A stretch of 64,000 bases of DNA, taken from Escherichia phage REP2. The first letter of the stretch is position 1. Each line of letters begins with the position of its first letter. Under the pieces are notes generated by a model. The model was given only the letters and a program-made list of their open reading frames with translations, did not search any database and had not been told where the DNA came from. Of this stretch, positions 17,982 through 27,969 are shown piece by piece. The translations under genes and the position numbers were made by a program. The stretch is from sequence record OQ174501.1; one strand, written 5' to 3'.

Positions 17982-18239
17982 ATGCATATTGTTTTATTTA
18001 AACCTACTCCATATAACGTCAGGAAAAATACGCAATTCAAAGCACTTATTGCAGATACATGGGAATTGGTGCTAGATATTCCAGCAGAAGAAAGTCCTCC
18101 ATTTGGTCGAGTGGAATTTATTAAGTTTGCTGTACGTCCTACGAAGAGGCAGATTCGTCAATGCAAAAGATATTTTCGTAAGATCGTTAAGTTAGAGAAA
18201 CAGTTTGTAACATGTGATTATGCAGAAGTTTTAAAATAA
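17982..18239 (+). CDS. hypothetical protein (61.4-like position)
   Basis: 85 aa ORF. Confidence 0.4.
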   Translation: MHIVLFKPTPYNVRKNTQFKALIADTWELVLDIPAEESPPFGRVEFIKFAVRPTKRQIRQCKRYFRKIVKLEKQFVTCDYAEVLK

Positions 18240-18241
18240 CT

Positions 18242-18271
18242 ATTTACTTTTGTTGGAAATTGAGATACTAT
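18242..18271 (+). promoter_or_regulatory. T4-type early promoter
   Basis: atttac, 18-bp spacer, tactat, upstream of the sp-like gene. Confidence 0.45.
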
Positions 18272-18299
18272 ATAAACATAAACTACTGAGGAGATTATC

Positions 18300-18593
18300 A
18301 TGAAAAAATTTATTTTTGCTACAATTTTTGCTTTAGCTTCTTGTGCTGCTCAGCCTGCTATGGCAGGTTATGATAAAGATTTGTGTGAATGGTCTATGAC
18401 TGCGGATCAGACTGAAGTTGAAACTCAAATTGAAGCAGATATTATGAATATCGTTGAGCGCGATCGCCCTGAAATGAAAGCTGAAGTGCAAAAACAGCTT
18501 AAGTCTGGCGGTATCATGCAGTACAATTATGTTTTGTATTGCGATAAAAACTTCAATAATAAAAATATCGTAACCGAAATCACAGGTGAATAA
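18300..18593 (+). CDS. sp: spackle-like periplasmic protein Sp
   Basis: 97 aa with N-terminal signal peptide (MKKFIFATIFALASCAAQPAMAG); same size and position as T4 sp. Confidence 0.6.
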   Translation: MKKFIFATIFALASCAAQPAMAGYDKDLCEWSMTADQTEVETQIEADIMNIVERDRPEMKAEVQKQLKSGGIMQYNYVLYCDKNFNNKNIVTEITGE

Positions 18594-18594
18594 T

Positions 18595-19230
18595 ATGATT
18601 TATTATATGCACAAAAATCCACCGTTTAAATACGGTAAATTTCCTGATGCACAATGTTATAATATAACGCCGAATGAAAATAATAACGGATATCATATTG
18701 GTGTAATTTTTGTAATTGTTAAAGATAACGAAATCGTTGCCTGGGCAGATTTTAAAGGTACAACATATGATGTTAATCCTGTGCCTTTCACATATTACAA
18801 TATAATGGATTTGGCATATGATTATAATTGGTTTAATCATGACGCGTTGGCTCATATTGAAGGTGTAGGATTTGACATCTCTTATTCTAGCTATTCATTA
18901 TGTCCTATGAGCCGAGCTCACGGTAAAGATGTATCATATCTTTCAATTCGGAAACGTGTAATCTTCAAACGTAGTACAGAGTATGTTGGCGGGCTCTTTG
19001 TTAAAGATAATAAAATAACCCGCATTAGTTATCCTTTAAGTGTAGATCAAAAAGATGTTGATGTTGATTTAGACTTAACTGAAAATAACATTAATCGTAT
19101 TGCTTCTGTGTATTTTGATATCGATGAAAAAATTGTAGTGTGTGGATACGAATTACCAGCAGAAAAACAGTCTAAAGTAAATGTTTCTATTGATGACCAA
19201 ATTTTTAATGCTTTTATGAATAGAGGTTAA
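18595..19230 (+). CDS. hypothetical protein (61.2-like position)
   Basis: 211 aa from the ATG at 18595. Confidence 0.5.
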   Translation: MIYYMHKNPPFKYGKFPDAQCYNITPNENNNGYHIGVIFVIVKDNEIVAWADFKGTTYDVNPVPFTYYNIMDLAYDYNWFNHDALAHIEGVGFDISYSSYSLCPMSRAHGKDVSYLSIRKRVIFKRSTEYVGGLFVKDNKITRISYPLSVDQKDVDVDLDLTENNINRIASVYFDIDEKIVVCGYELPAEKQSKVNVSIDDQIFNAFMNRG

Positions 19231-19231
19231 T

Positions 19232-19396
19232 ATGAAAACATATAAAGAATTTATTAAAGAAGATATGGTTGCTGGAGATTCAGGTGGTAATCTTGAAAAT
19301 ATCTCTACTGGAACAACATCAGGTGCTGTAGTAAATAAAGGTCCTGAACAAATTCCTAAAAAGAAAAAAGAGGAATCTAAAGAAAAAGAAGAGTAA
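19232..19396 (+). CDS. hypothetical small protein with lysine/glutamate-rich tail
   Basis: 54 aa ORF filling the gap before gene 61. Confidence 0.35.
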   Translation: MKTYKEFIKEDMVAGDSGGNLENISTGTTSGAVVNKGPEQIPKKKKEESKEKEE

Positions 19397-19398
19397 AA

Positions 19399-20427
19399 AT
19401 GTCATCAATACCTTGGATTGATAATGAGTTTGCATACCGTGCATTAGCTCATTTACCTAAATTCACACAAGTAAATAATAGTTCAACTTTTAAATTGCGG
19501 TTTAGATGCCCTGTTTGTGGAGATTCAAAAACCGACCAAAATAAAGCTCGTGGATGGTATTATGGTGATAATAATGAAGGAAATATTCATTGTTATAACT
19601 GTAACTATCATGCACCAATCGGAATATATTTAAAGGAGTTTGAACCCGATTTATATCGTGAGTATATCTTTGAAATAAGAAAAGAAAAAGGTAAAAGTCG
19701 TCCAGTAGAAAAACCTAAAGAACTTCCTAAACAACCTGAGAAGAAAATAATTAAATCTCTTCCGTCATGTGTTAGATTAGATAAACTGGCGGAAGACCAT
19801 CCAATTATAAAATACGTAAAAGCTCGTTGTATTCCAAAGGATAAATGGAAATATCTTTGGTTTACAACCGAATGGCCTAAATTAGTTAATAGCATAGCAC
19901 CAGGAACATACAAAAAGGAAATTTCTGAGCCTCGTCTTGTTATTCCAATTTATAATGCTAATGGAAAAGCTGAGTCTTTTCAAGGGCGTGCATTAAAGAA
20001 AGATGCTCCTCAAAAATATATCACCATTAAAGCTTATCCTGAGGCAACAAAAATATATGGAGTCGAACGAGTTAAAGATGGTGATGTATATGTTCTAGAA
20101 GGACCTATAGATTCACTTTTTATTGAAAATGGTATAGCTATTACGGGTGGTCAATTAGACCTAGAAGTTGTTCCATTTAAAGATAGACGAGTGTGGGTTT
20201 TAGATAATGAACCTCGTCACCCTGACACTATCAAGCGAATGACTAAATTAGTTGATGCAGGAGAAAGGGTTATGTTTTGGGATAAATCTCCCTGGAAATC
20301 AAAAGATGTCAATGATATGATTAGAAAGGAAGGTGCAACCCCTGAACAAATTATGGAATATATGAAAAATAATATTGCCCAGGGGTTGATGGCTAAAATG
20401 CGGCTATCTAAATATGCTAAGATTTAA
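19399..20427 (+). CDS. 61: DNA primase gp61
   Basis: 342 aa; zinc ribbon CPVCGDS...HCYNCNYH followed by a Toprim-like core. Confidence 0.9.
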   Translation: MSSIPWIDNEFAYRALAHLPKFTQVNNSSTFKLRFRCPVCGDSKTDQNKARGWYYGDNNEGNIHCYNCNYHAPIGIYLKEFEPDLYREYIFEIRKEKGKSRPVEKPKELPKQPEKKIIKSLPSCVRLDKLAEDHPIIKYVKARCIPKDKWKYLWFTTEWPKLVNSIAPGTYKKEISEPRLVIPIYNANGKAESFQGRALKKDAPQKYITIKAYPEATKIYGVERVKDGDVYVLEGPIDSLFIENGIAITGGQLDLEVVPFKDRRVWVLDNEPRHPDTIKRMTKLVDAGERVMFWDKSPWKSKDVNDMIRKEGATPEQIMEYMKNNIAQGLMAKMRLSKYAKI

Positions 20428-20624
20428 ATTAACCCAACTAAAGCAAATGCTAAATCTACAAATGTATCAAGAGTAACTACTGGAATATTAACACCATGCG
20501 CAATTGCAATTGGTGATAAAATAAAGTTCCAGAGTAAAATTCCTACCATAGCAGAAATAGTAAAAGCTATACGTTTCTTATTACCTTTGATGGCATTAAC
20601 AAGTGCCATTAATTTTTGTACCAT
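20424..20624 (-). CDS. hypothetical small membrane protein encoded antisense to the early genes
   Basis: 66 aa, two hydrophobic segments; strong SD AGGAGG 4 nt upstream of the ATG on the minus strand. Confidence 0.5.
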   Translation of the reverse strand: MVQKLMALVNAIKGNKKRIAFTISAMVGILLWNFILSPIAIAHGVNIPVVTLDTFVDLAFALVGLI

Positions 20625-20695
20625 ATGTCCTCCTTATTGCTTTATATATTTATTGTATAATTAATCTACTAACCCATGAATTGAAAGGAAAAATA

Positions 20696-21214
20696 ATGGC
20701 TTACTTTAACGAATGTAGTCAACTGATTGAAGGCGCTGATAAAGCTCAAAATGAATATTGGGATATTCTCGGTGATGAAAAAGACCCGCTACAGGTTATG
20801 CTTGATATGCAGAAATCTTTACAGATTCGTTTAGCTAAAGATAAACCTGAATATAATCGTCATCCTGATGATTTGGCTACTGCCGGTGAAGTTGTTGATT
20901 GGTTGCGTAATCAGAAAGATTATATTGATGATGAATTCCGTGAACTTCTGACTTCTCTTGGTGGTATGAGTAATGGTGAAAAAGACGCATCTGCTGTATG
21001 GAAACCTTGGAAGTCGCAGCATGGTGAACGTCGTGAAACTCTGATTACTGATTTGTCTCCGCAAGACCAACTGGAAATTAAGTTTGAAATGATTGATATT
21101 CTCCATTTCGTTCTGAACATGTTCCAAGGTCTTGGTCTTACAGCAGAAGAAATCTTTAAACTTTATTACCTGAAAAATGCTGAAAATTTCGCACGTCAAG
21201 ACCGAGGTTATTAA
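20696..21214 (+). CDS. 56: dCTP pyrophosphatase gp56 (MazG-like)
   Basis: 172 aa from the ATG at 20696; MazG-like EExxE-type helices; T4 synteny. Confidence 0.8.
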   Translation: MAYFNECSQLIEGADKAQNEYWDILGDEKDPLQVMLDMQKSLQIRLAKDKPEYNRHPDDLATAGEVVDWLRNQKDYIDDEFRELLTSLGGMSNGEKDASAVWKPWKSQHGERRETLITDLSPQDQLEIKFEMIDILHFVLNMFQGLGLTAEEIFKLYYLKNAENFARQDRGY

Positions 21215-21244
21215 CAGCTCGTCTTAAAAGCCGCGAGAATTTAT

Positions 21245-21252
21245 TATAAATA
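21245..21252 (+). promoter_or_regulatory. late promoter (TATAAATA) for soc
   Basis: exact TATAAATA 31 nt upstream of the soc ATG. Confidence 0.6.
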
Positions 21253-21282
21253 ATCATGTAATTTAAATAAAAGGAGAATTAC

Positions 21283-21540
21283 ATGGCTAGTACTCGCGGT
21301 TATGTTAATATTAAAACATTTGATCAAACAGTTGATGGTGGTACAATTCAGGGTAAAGAAATTTCTGTAGCTTTCCCTCTTTATTCTGATGTTCACAAAA
21401 TTTCTGGTGCTCATTATCAGACATTCCCTTCTGAAAAAGCAGCATATTCTACAGTATATGAAGAAAATCAGCGTACTGAATGGATCACTGCTAATGAAGG
21501 TCTTTGGACTGTTACACCTACACCAGGTGTAGGTGGTTAA
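21283..21540 (+). CDS. soc: small outer capsid protein Soc
   Basis: 85 aa; MASTRGYVNIKTF...SVAFPLYSDVHKISGAHYQTFPSEKAAYSTVYEENQRTEW matches Soc. Confidence 0.85.
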   Translation: MASTRGYVNIKTFDQTVDGGTIQGKEISVAFPLYSDVHKISGAHYQTFPSEKAAYSTVYEENQRTEWITANEGLWTVTPTPGVGG

Positions 21541-21547
21541 ATAATTT

Positions 21548-21574
21548 AAGGAATCCTTCGGGATTCCTTTTTTC
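21548..21574 (+). terminator. rho-independent terminator (GGAAUCC-UUCG-GGAUUCC plus U6)
   Basis: aaggaatccttcgggattccttttttc after soc. Confidence 0.7.
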
Positions 21575-21582
21575 ATTTTATG

Positions 21583-21612
21583 GTTTACATGTCAAAATGA
21601 GTGTGGTATAAT
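21583..21612 (+). promoter_or_regulatory. T4-type early promoter
   Basis: gtttac, 18-bp spacer, tataat. Confidence 0.5.
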
Positions 21613-21638
21613 AAAAATATCTTATAGAGGAGAACACT

Positions 21639-21851
21639 ATGTTAAATCGTTGGATTAAACCAAATGAAGACCTTCAGAAGGTTCTTGATAAAGCTATCTC
21701 TGATAAATGGGGTATGAAAAGCTGGGATTGTGATGTCGTCACGCATTCATTCATGATGCATGTGGATGGTTCAGTCGAGTTCAATGCTGAAATGCGATAT
21801 ACTGACTGGGATGGATTTCAAAGAGTCGAATTTCAAAGAGGATTTTTGTGA
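21639..21851 (+). CDS. hypothetical protein
   Basis: 70 aa ORF with GGAG SD. Confidence 0.45.
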   Translation: MLNRWIKPNEDLQKVLDKAISDKWGMKSWDCDVVTHSFMMHVDGSVEFNAEMRYTDWDGFQRVEFQRGFL

Positions 21852-22192
21852 TGTTTATCTTTAAATGGTTTAAAAATTTCTTTACGGATTTTTTCTCTAC
21901 GACTCCTGGAGAAGGTGTAGTTCCTATTTCAAATGACTATCTTCCTTTAACTGTAGTTGAGTATGTTTATATGGGAGATGGAACAGTAGAAGCAGTTACT
22001 ATGACTTATGAAGAAGCCCAAGAATATTATAAAAATCCTTGGCGCTGGTCAGTACCTACTACATCATCTAATGCACAGAATACACAGTCTAGTTCTGATT
22101 TATATGATACTAATGTTCCTGTTCATGTATGGACGGGCGATTCATGTGGAAGTTCTTGTGATTCTAGTTGTTCATCTACATCTTGTGATTGA
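21848..22192 (+). CDS. hypothetical protein with Cys/Ser-rich C-terminal tail
   Basis: 114 aa; C-terminus [17 protein letters not shown]. Confidence 0.45.
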   Translation: MMFIFKWFKNFFTDFFSTTPGEGVVPISNDYLPLTVVEYVYMGDGTVEAVTMTYEEAQEYYKNPWRWSVPTTSSNAQNTQSSSDLYDTNVPVHVWTGDSCGSSCDSSCSSTSCD

Positions 22193-22200
22193 GGAAAATT

Positions 22201-22695
22201 ATGGAAGCAATTTTGTTTGAAATGTTTATCAATAGTATTAGTACGGTGTTTGTCAAGGATGTTCCAATTACTGTAGCAGTAATGATTGACAAAAGATATG
22301 ACAATAGCATGTATCTAGTAGAAGATTTTATTTCAATGCCAGTTCCAGAAGATGTTGAAATAAAACTTAAAAAGATCGGAATTATTGAAACTGTACAAAA
22401 TTCTCCGTTTACGTCAATTCAAGCATTTACTAAATCTAACTATATTGATGCTGGTGAAGCATTTTATAACAATAAACCGTTGTCCTTCTATTCATATGAT
22501 TCAGTACATGACTGGAAAATAGATAAGGGAGATAAGGGAAATAAATTCATAATTGCGGAAGAAATTGCGCTATCATATTTTATTACTTCTTTATGGAATA
22601 AATTAACTCCAAATTTGCTAAAAATTCATAAATTTGACGATGCTCCTACTGTTGTTTTAGGTAAAACAAATGAAAGCTCTGAAGAAGATGCTTGA
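22201..22695 (+). CDS. hypothetical protein
   Basis: 164 aa from the ATG at 22201 with GAGGA SD. Confidence 0.5.
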   Translation: MEAILFEMFINSISTVFVKDVPITVAVMIDKRYDNSMYLVEDFISMPVPEDVEIKLKKIGIIETVQNSPFTSIQAFTKSNYIDAGEAFYNNKPLSFYSYDSVHDWKIDKGDKGNKFIIAEEIALSYFITSLWNKLTPNLLKIHKFDDAPTVVLGKTNESSEEDA

Positions 22696-22873
22696 ATGGT
22701 TCAATAGACCAAACTCAATGTATATTGATGATGGTTGGGTTGAACAGGCAAATAAAGAAATGCAGAACGAATCAGAAGAATGGATGAAATCAATGATTAG
22801 TGCTGAGAAAGAAAAGAAATTAGAACGCTCAGCGCTTAAATTAATGAGAGACATCTATGGGGATAAATCGTGA
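22670..22873 (+). CDS. hypothetical small protein
   Basis: 67 aa ORF. Confidence 0.35.
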   Translation: MKALKKMLEWFNRPNSMYIDDGWVEQANKEMQNESEEWMKSMISAEKEKKLERSALKLMRDIYGDKS

Positions 22874-23026
22874 ACAGAGATATGATATTAGAAGAGGCTA
22901 AAGCTAAAGCAAATGAAGCAATGGATTTGCTTCTTAAAATTGGCAGTAAAATGATGGAAGAAAATGAGAAATATATCCAGGAAAACAAAATTCCTGACGG
23001 TCCATTAGTAGGCAAGAGGAAATCGC

Positions 23027-23497
23027 ATGATTGAAGTAGCAAAACATTATTCAATAGAATTTATGTCTAAAGAAGGTAAATCAGTAAATGCACTTGATAA
23101 AAAATGCTCATTAATTATTCCTTTAGCAGAAAATCCGGATCTTTTAATTAAAGATATAAAAGAAAGAAAATATCCAGAAAATGTTATTCTAATTATAAAG
23201 CATACTGAAGATATTTTACAGAATACTGATTCACCGTTTTCTTCTTCTGAAGCTTTAACTATTAAAGGCTATAAAAGAGCCCATGAATATGGTCTTTTTG
23301 ACCTGTTTGAAGACGATAAAGTTAAATTAGCGAGTCAACCTTCTAAAAGTAAATCATTCATTATTGAAGATATTAAAGATATAAATGCATTTGTTAAGAT
23401 GGTCTGGGCTCATTTTGATGTTGGACTACGCTGGAGAATGTCTGAAGAAGAAAGAAAGATTATTGAAGCTAATCGTTATTTTGGTTTTTATCGCTAG
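23027..23497 (+). CDS. hypothetical protein (mrh-region ORF)
   Basis: 156 aa ORF. Confidence 0.45.
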   Translation: MIEVAKHYSIEFMSKEGKSVNALDKKCSLIIPLAENPDLLIKDIKERKYPENVILIIKHTEDILQNTDSPFSSSEALTIKGYKRAHEYGLFDLFEDDKVKLASQPSKSKSFIIEDIKDINAFVKMVWAHFDVGLRWRMSEEERKIIEANRYFGFYR

Positions 23498-23505
23498 GAA
23501 TTAAT

Positions 23506-23688
23506 ATGGATTTATTTGAGATGTTAGAAGATAATCATTCTACGAATATCCAGAATGATTCTAGTGATTATAAGAAAGAGTACCGTATAGTATTACAGAA
23601 TTATGGAATTGAAGCCCCAGATGCTCTTCTAGAAGAACTAGCTTCATACCATCTTGACCCTCCGCCTTGGGCTCCCTGGGCAAAATAA
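23506..23688 (+). CDS. hypothetical small acidic protein
   Basis: 60 aa ORF. Confidence 0.35.
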   Translation: MDLFEMLEDNHSTNIQNDSSDYKKEYRIVLQNYGIEAPDALLEELASYHLDPPPWAPWAK

Positions 23689-23699
23689 TTCAAAAAGTT

Positions 23700-23729
23700 G
23701 TTTACTTTCCTTCCTAACAATGATATGAT
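23700..23729 (+). promoter_or_regulatory. T4-type early promoter
   Basis: gtttac, 18-bp spacer, tatgat. Confidence 0.45.
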
Positions 23730-23755
23730 AGCTTCTGAAGTATATGGAGGCTATC

Positions 23756-24379
23756 ATGATTATTAATCTCACAGATGTTGAACAGTTATCTATAAAAGCT
23801 GAAAGTGTCGATTTTCAATATGATATGTACAAAAAGGTCTGTGAAAAATTTACTGACTTTGAACAGTCAGTTCTTTGGCAGTGTATGGAAGCCAAAAAGA
23901 ATGAAGCTCTTCATCGGCAGTTGAATAAAATCGTTAAAAAGCATTTAACTAAATCGCCTTATCAGCTATATCGTGGTATATCAAAATCGACAAAAGAACT
24001 CATTAAAGATTTACAAGTTGGAGAAGTGTTTTCAACGAACAGAGTAGATTCATTTACTACTAGTTTGCACATAGCATGTGGTTTTTCTTATGTTGAGTAT
24101 TTCACTGAAATAATATTTCGCTTAAAAACTGATAAAGCTTTTAATTATTCTGACCATATCAGCGATATTATACTTTCTTCTCCTAATACTGAATTTAAGT
24201 ATACATATGAAGATACTGATGGATTAGATTCAGAACGTACTGATAACTTAATGATGATTGTACGTGAACAAGAATGGATGATTCCAATTGGAAAGTATAA
24301 AATAACTTCTATTTCAAAAGAAAAATTACACGATTCATTTGGAACATTTAAAGTGTATGATATTGAGGTAGTTGAATGA
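23756..24379 (+). CDS. modB: ADP-ribosyltransferase ModB
   Basis: 207 aa from the ATG at 23756 (GGAGG SD); R-S-E ART motifs (YRGIS, STN, EQEWMIP). Confidence 0.7.
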   Translation: MIINLTDVEQLSIKAESVDFQYDMYKKVCEKFTDFEQSVLWQCMEAKKNEALHRQLNKIVKKHLTKSPYQLYRGISKSTKELIKDLQVGEVFSTNRVDSFTTSLHIACGFSYVEYFTEIIFRLKTDKAFNYSDHISDIILSSPNTEFKYTYEDTDGLDSERTDNLMMIVREQEWMIPIGKYKITSISKEKLHDSFGTFKVYDIEVVE

Positions 24380-24978
24380 AATACTCAGTAATGCAACTAA
24401 AAGATTTTAAAATAAAATCAATGGATGCATCGGTGCGTGCTTCTATTCGTGAAGAATTACTTTCCGAAGGATTTAATTTATCTGAAATTGAACTTTTAAT
24501 TCATTGTATTACTAATAAACCAGACGATCATTCTTGGTTAAATGAAATAGTCAAATCTCGTTTGGTTCCAAACGATAAACCTCTTTGGAGAGGTGTTCCA
24601 GTTGAGACTAAACAGGTGTTAAATCAAGGAATTGATATTATTACATTTGATAAAGTAGTATCAGCTTCATATGATAAAAATATAGCTCTACATTTTGCTT
24701 CTGGATTAGAATACAACACACAAGTTATTTTTGAATTCAAAGCTCCTATGGTGTTTAATTTCCAGGAGTATGCTATAAAAGCTTTACGTTGTAAAGAATA
24801 TAGTCCGAGTTTTAAGTTTCCGGATAGCCATCGCTATCGTAATATGGAATTAGTTTCAGATGAACAAGAAGTAATGATACCAGCTGGAAGTGTATTTAGA
24901 ATTGCGGATAGATACGAGTATAAAAAGTATTCAACATACACTATCTATACTCTTGATTTTGAAGGATTTAATCTATAA
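24376..24978 (+). CDS. modA: ADP-ribosyltransferase ModA
   Basis: 200 aa; R-S-E ART motifs (LWRGVP, SAS, EQEVMIP); tandem paralog of modB. Confidence 0.7.
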   Translation: MKYSVMQLKDFKIKSMDASVRASIREELLSEGFNLSEIELLIHCITNKPDDHSWLNEIVKSRLVPNDKPLWRGVPVETKQVLNQGIDIITFDKVVSASYDKNIALHFASGLEYNTQVIFEFKAPMVFNFQEYAIKALRCKEYSPSFKFPDSHRYRNMELVSDEQEVMIPAGSVFRIADRYEYKKYSTYTIYTLDFEGFNL

Positions 24979-25032
24979 TGGAAGGACTTAGATTCATTAT
25001 ACCATGAAAGTTTTAAAGCATTTTTCATAAAG

Positions 25033-25062
25033 TTGTTTACAAGCTGAAGTAAAAATGTTATA
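25033..25062 (+). promoter_or_regulatory. T4-type early promoter
   Basis: gtttac, 18-bp spacer, tatagt. Confidence 0.5.
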
Positions 25063-25094
25063 GTATAAGTAGTTAACCCGTCCGTGAGAAAAAT

Positions 25095-25841
25095 ATGAAA
25101 CTGTCTAAAAATCAAATTCGTAAAATTACACGTCGTCTAGAGCACACTCAGGCATCTGCTAAAAGACGTTCTAAAGATTTTAACTTAGACTTCAATTACA
25201 TTAAGAACATTTTAGATCAGAAAGTTTGCGCTTACTCAGGAGAACCTTTTGATAATCGTATTGAAGGAGAGAAATTATCATTAGAACGTTTTGATAATAA
25301 CGTTGGATACATTAAAGGGAATGTTATTGCAGTAAAGAAAAAGTACAATACATTTCGTTCTGATTATACTTTAGAAGAGTTGATTGAAAAGCGTGATTTA
25401 TTTGCTTTGCGAATTGGTCGTTCATCTGCGAAAAAAGTTTATAAACTAAATTTAGATGAAAAGAAATGGGCTAAAATCAAAAAGACTTATAATCAAATTA
25501 AAGCTATACAGAAAAAACGTGAAAACCGAATTGAGCACATTTCTCAGCTTTCTAAATCAAAACAGACCTCTGACGTTAAGCTAACGATTGTAGCACTCAA
25601 AGCTCGTATTGATGGTTCTCGTATAGCAGAAGGAACTGAAGTTGTTAAATTGAACGTTCTTCTTAAAGGCTCGGATTGGAAAACTGTGAAAAAGTTGTCA
25701 GAAGCAGAAATGCAATATGATATGTGTGATAAAATTATTCAAGGTGTAGAGCGGTATCAAAACTTGTCTTTTATTGATAAACTTAAACTGAAAAGAGGAT
25801 ACCCGCTAAATTGTTCAATTTTTAAACTTATCCGAGGATAA
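25095..25841 (+). CDS. srd: Srd-like protein (position of T4 srd)
   Basis: 248 aa basic protein between modA and dda. Confidence 0.4.
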   Translation: MKLSKNQIRKITRRLEHTQASAKRRSKDFNLDFNYIKNILDQKVCAYSGEPFDNRIEGEKLSLERFDNNVGYIKGNVIAVKKKYNTFRSDYTLEELIEKRDLFALRIGRSSAKKVYKLNLDEKKWAKIKKTYNQIKAIQKKRENRIEHISQLSKSKQTSDVKLTIVALKARIDGSRIAEGTEVVKLNVLLKGSDWKTVKKLSEAEMQYDMCDKIIQGVERYQNLSFIDKLKLKRGYPLNCSIFKLIRG

Positions 25842-25842
25842 T

Positions 25843-26154
25843 ATGGTTTATGTATATGCGATAGTTTACCGAGACAAAGACGGATTTACGGCGCCAGTTC
25901 CACTTGATGAACATCGTCCTGCTGTATTTTTTGAAAGGGAGATTGCTGATAAAGTATTTACTACTCTTAAAGAGCAGTATCGACTAGCTTTAGGTATGGG
26001 AATTCCGAGATTAGTTGAGACTCCACGCAAGTTTTGGTTTAATAAAATAGAAGTTAAACATGTTAAGCCTGATGTAGACACACAAAGATTATATCGGCGA
26101 ATTTTAGATACTGGGCGTATTGTTAGTATACCAATTGCAGGGAATTTACGATGA
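25843..26154 (+). CDS. hypothetical protein (dda.1-like position)
   Basis: 103 aa ORF. Confidence 0.45.
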   Translation: MVYVYAIVYRDKDGFTAPVPLDEHRPAVFFEREIADKVFTTLKEQYRLALGMGIPRLVETPRKFWFNKIEVKHVKPDVDTQRLYRRILDTGRIVSIPIAGNLR

Positions 26155-27470
26155 CATTTGATGATTTGACCGAAGGTCAGAAAAATGCCTTTAACATTGT
26201 TATGAGGGCTATCAAAGAAAAGAAACATCATGTGACTATTAATGGACCTGCCGGTACTGGTAAGACTACTCTTACCAAGTTCATCATTGAAGCCTTAATA
26301 TCTACAGGCGAAACTGGCATTATTTTAGCAGCTCCTACACATGCAGCTAAAAAGATTCTTTCAAAACTATCAGGGAAAGAAGCGAGTACTATTCACAGTA
26401 TTCTTAAAATTAACCCAGTAACATATGAAGAAAACGTTCTTTTTGAACAAAAAGAAGTACCGGATTTAGCTAAATGCAGAGTATTAATCTGCGACGAAGT
26501 GTCAATGTATGATAGAAAGCTATTCAAAATTCTACTTTCAACTATCCCGCCATGGTGTACTATAATTGGAATAGGGGATAATAAGCAAATTAGACCTGTT
26601 GACCCAGGAGAAAACACTGCTTATATCAGTCCATTCTTTACACATAAAGATTTTTATCAGTGTGAACTCACTGAAGTTAAACGCAGTAATGCTCCTATTA
26701 TTGATGTAGCTACTGATGTTCGCAACGGTAAGTGGATTTATGATAAAGTTGTTGACGGCCATGGAGTACGTGGATTTACTGGTGATACCGCTTTACGCGA
26801 TTTTATGGTAAATTATTTTTCAATCGTAAAATCACTAGACGATTTGTTTGAAAATCGCGTAATGGCATTTACAAATAAATCTGTTGATAAGTTAAATAGC
26901 ATTATTCGCAAAAAGATTTTTGAAACTGATAAAGATTTTATCGTTGGTGAAATTATTGTAATGCAGGAACCATTAATTAAAACATATAAAATTGATGGAA
27001 AGCCTGTGTCAGAAATTATTTTTAATAACGGACAATTAGTTCGTATTATAGAAGCAGAGTATACATCAACATTTGTTAAAGCTCGCGGTGTTTCTGGAGA
27101 ATATCTAATTCGTCATTGGGATTTAACAGTAGAAACTTACGGCGATGATGAATATTATCGTGAAAAGATTAAAATAATTTCATCTGATGAAGAGCTGTAT
27201 AAGTTTAACTTATTTTTAGGTAAAACGGCAGAAACTTATAAAAATTGGAATAAAGGTGGAAAAGCTCCGTGGAGTGATTTTTGGGATGCTAAATCACAGT
27301 TTAGTAAAGTGAAAGCACTTCCCGCATCAACATTCCACAAAGCTCAGGGCATGTCTGTAGACCGTGCTTTCATTTATACGCCTTGTATTCATTATGCAGA
27401 CGCTGAACTAGCTCAGCAGCTTCTTTATGTTGGTGTTACTCGTGGTCGTTATGATGTGTTTTATGTGTGA
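26151..27470 (+). CDS. dda: SF1B DNA helicase Dda
   Basis: 439 aa; Walker A GPAGTGKTT, Walker B LICDEVSM. Confidence 0.9.
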   Translation: MTFDDLTEGQKNAFNIVMRAIKEKKHHVTINGPAGTGKTTLTKFIIEALISTGETGIILAAPTHAAKKILSKLSGKEASTIHSILKINPVTYEENVLFEQKEVPDLAKCRVLICDEVSMYDRKLFKILLSTIPPWCTIIGIGDNKQIRPVDPGENTAYISPFFTHKDFYQCELTEVKRSNAPIIDVATDVRNGKWIYDKVVDGHGVRGFTGDTALRDFMVNYFSIVKSLDDLFENRVMAFTNKSVDKLNSIIRKKIFETDKDFIVGEIIVMQEPLIKTYKIDGKPVSEIIFNNGQLVRIIEAEYTSTFVKARGVSGEYLIRHWDLTVETYGDDEYYREKIKIISSDEELYKFNLFLGKTAETYKNWNKGGKAPWSDFWDAKSQFSKVKALPASTFHKAQGMSVDRAFIYTPCIHYADAELAQQLLYVGVTRGRYDVFYV

Positions 27471-27476
27471 GGATAT

Positions 27477-27737
27477 ATGATTAACATCAATTCAAAATAT
27501 TTAAATCGTCTAATAGATGGTATAAAGAAGCATACTGATAAGCAAGATAACCTCAGTGTTATGGTAACAGGAGCTGAGCTCCTTTATAAACTTAATCTTA
27601 TAAGTGATACTATACTAGCAATTAAACGAATTGAAAAACAATCATATCATAGTAATACAGACACGGTAATTACATTAGATGAAAGTGTCTGTAAGCTGCT
27701 GATTAAATTTGAGGAAGCTATTCGTGGAAATAACTAA
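27477..27737 (+). CDS. hypothetical small protein (first of three tandem paralogs)
   Basis: 86 aa ORF. Confidence 0.4.
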   Translation: MININSKYLNRLIDGIKKHTDKQDNLSVMVTGAELLYKLNLISDTILAIKRIEKQSYHSNTDTVITLDESVCKLLIKFEEAIRGNN

Positions 27738-27969
27738 AGACCAGTTTTATCTGCTTCAAGATAAAGTGAGCGAAATTTATGAAATTGCTTATAGCAAAAA
27801 TCGTGAAACTGTAAAAATAGAATCTAGTAAGTTGAGGCTTCAATTAGAAGAAATTGAACGAGATTTAATTGCGTTAGAATTCTTTTGTGGTGAAGTGAAA
27901 ACTGTTACAATCAATGATTATATTTTAGGCGAAATTAGCTATCTTTATAAGGCGATTATTAATGATTGA
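27709..27969 (+). CDS. hypothetical small protein (second tandem paralog)
   Basis: 86 aa; shares LEEIxxDL...DYxLGEI pattern with the next ORF. Confidence 0.4.
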   Translation: MRKLFVEITKDQFYLLQDKVSEIYEIAYSKNRETVKIESSKLRLQLEEIERDLIALEFFCGEVKTVTINDYILGEISYLYKAIIND

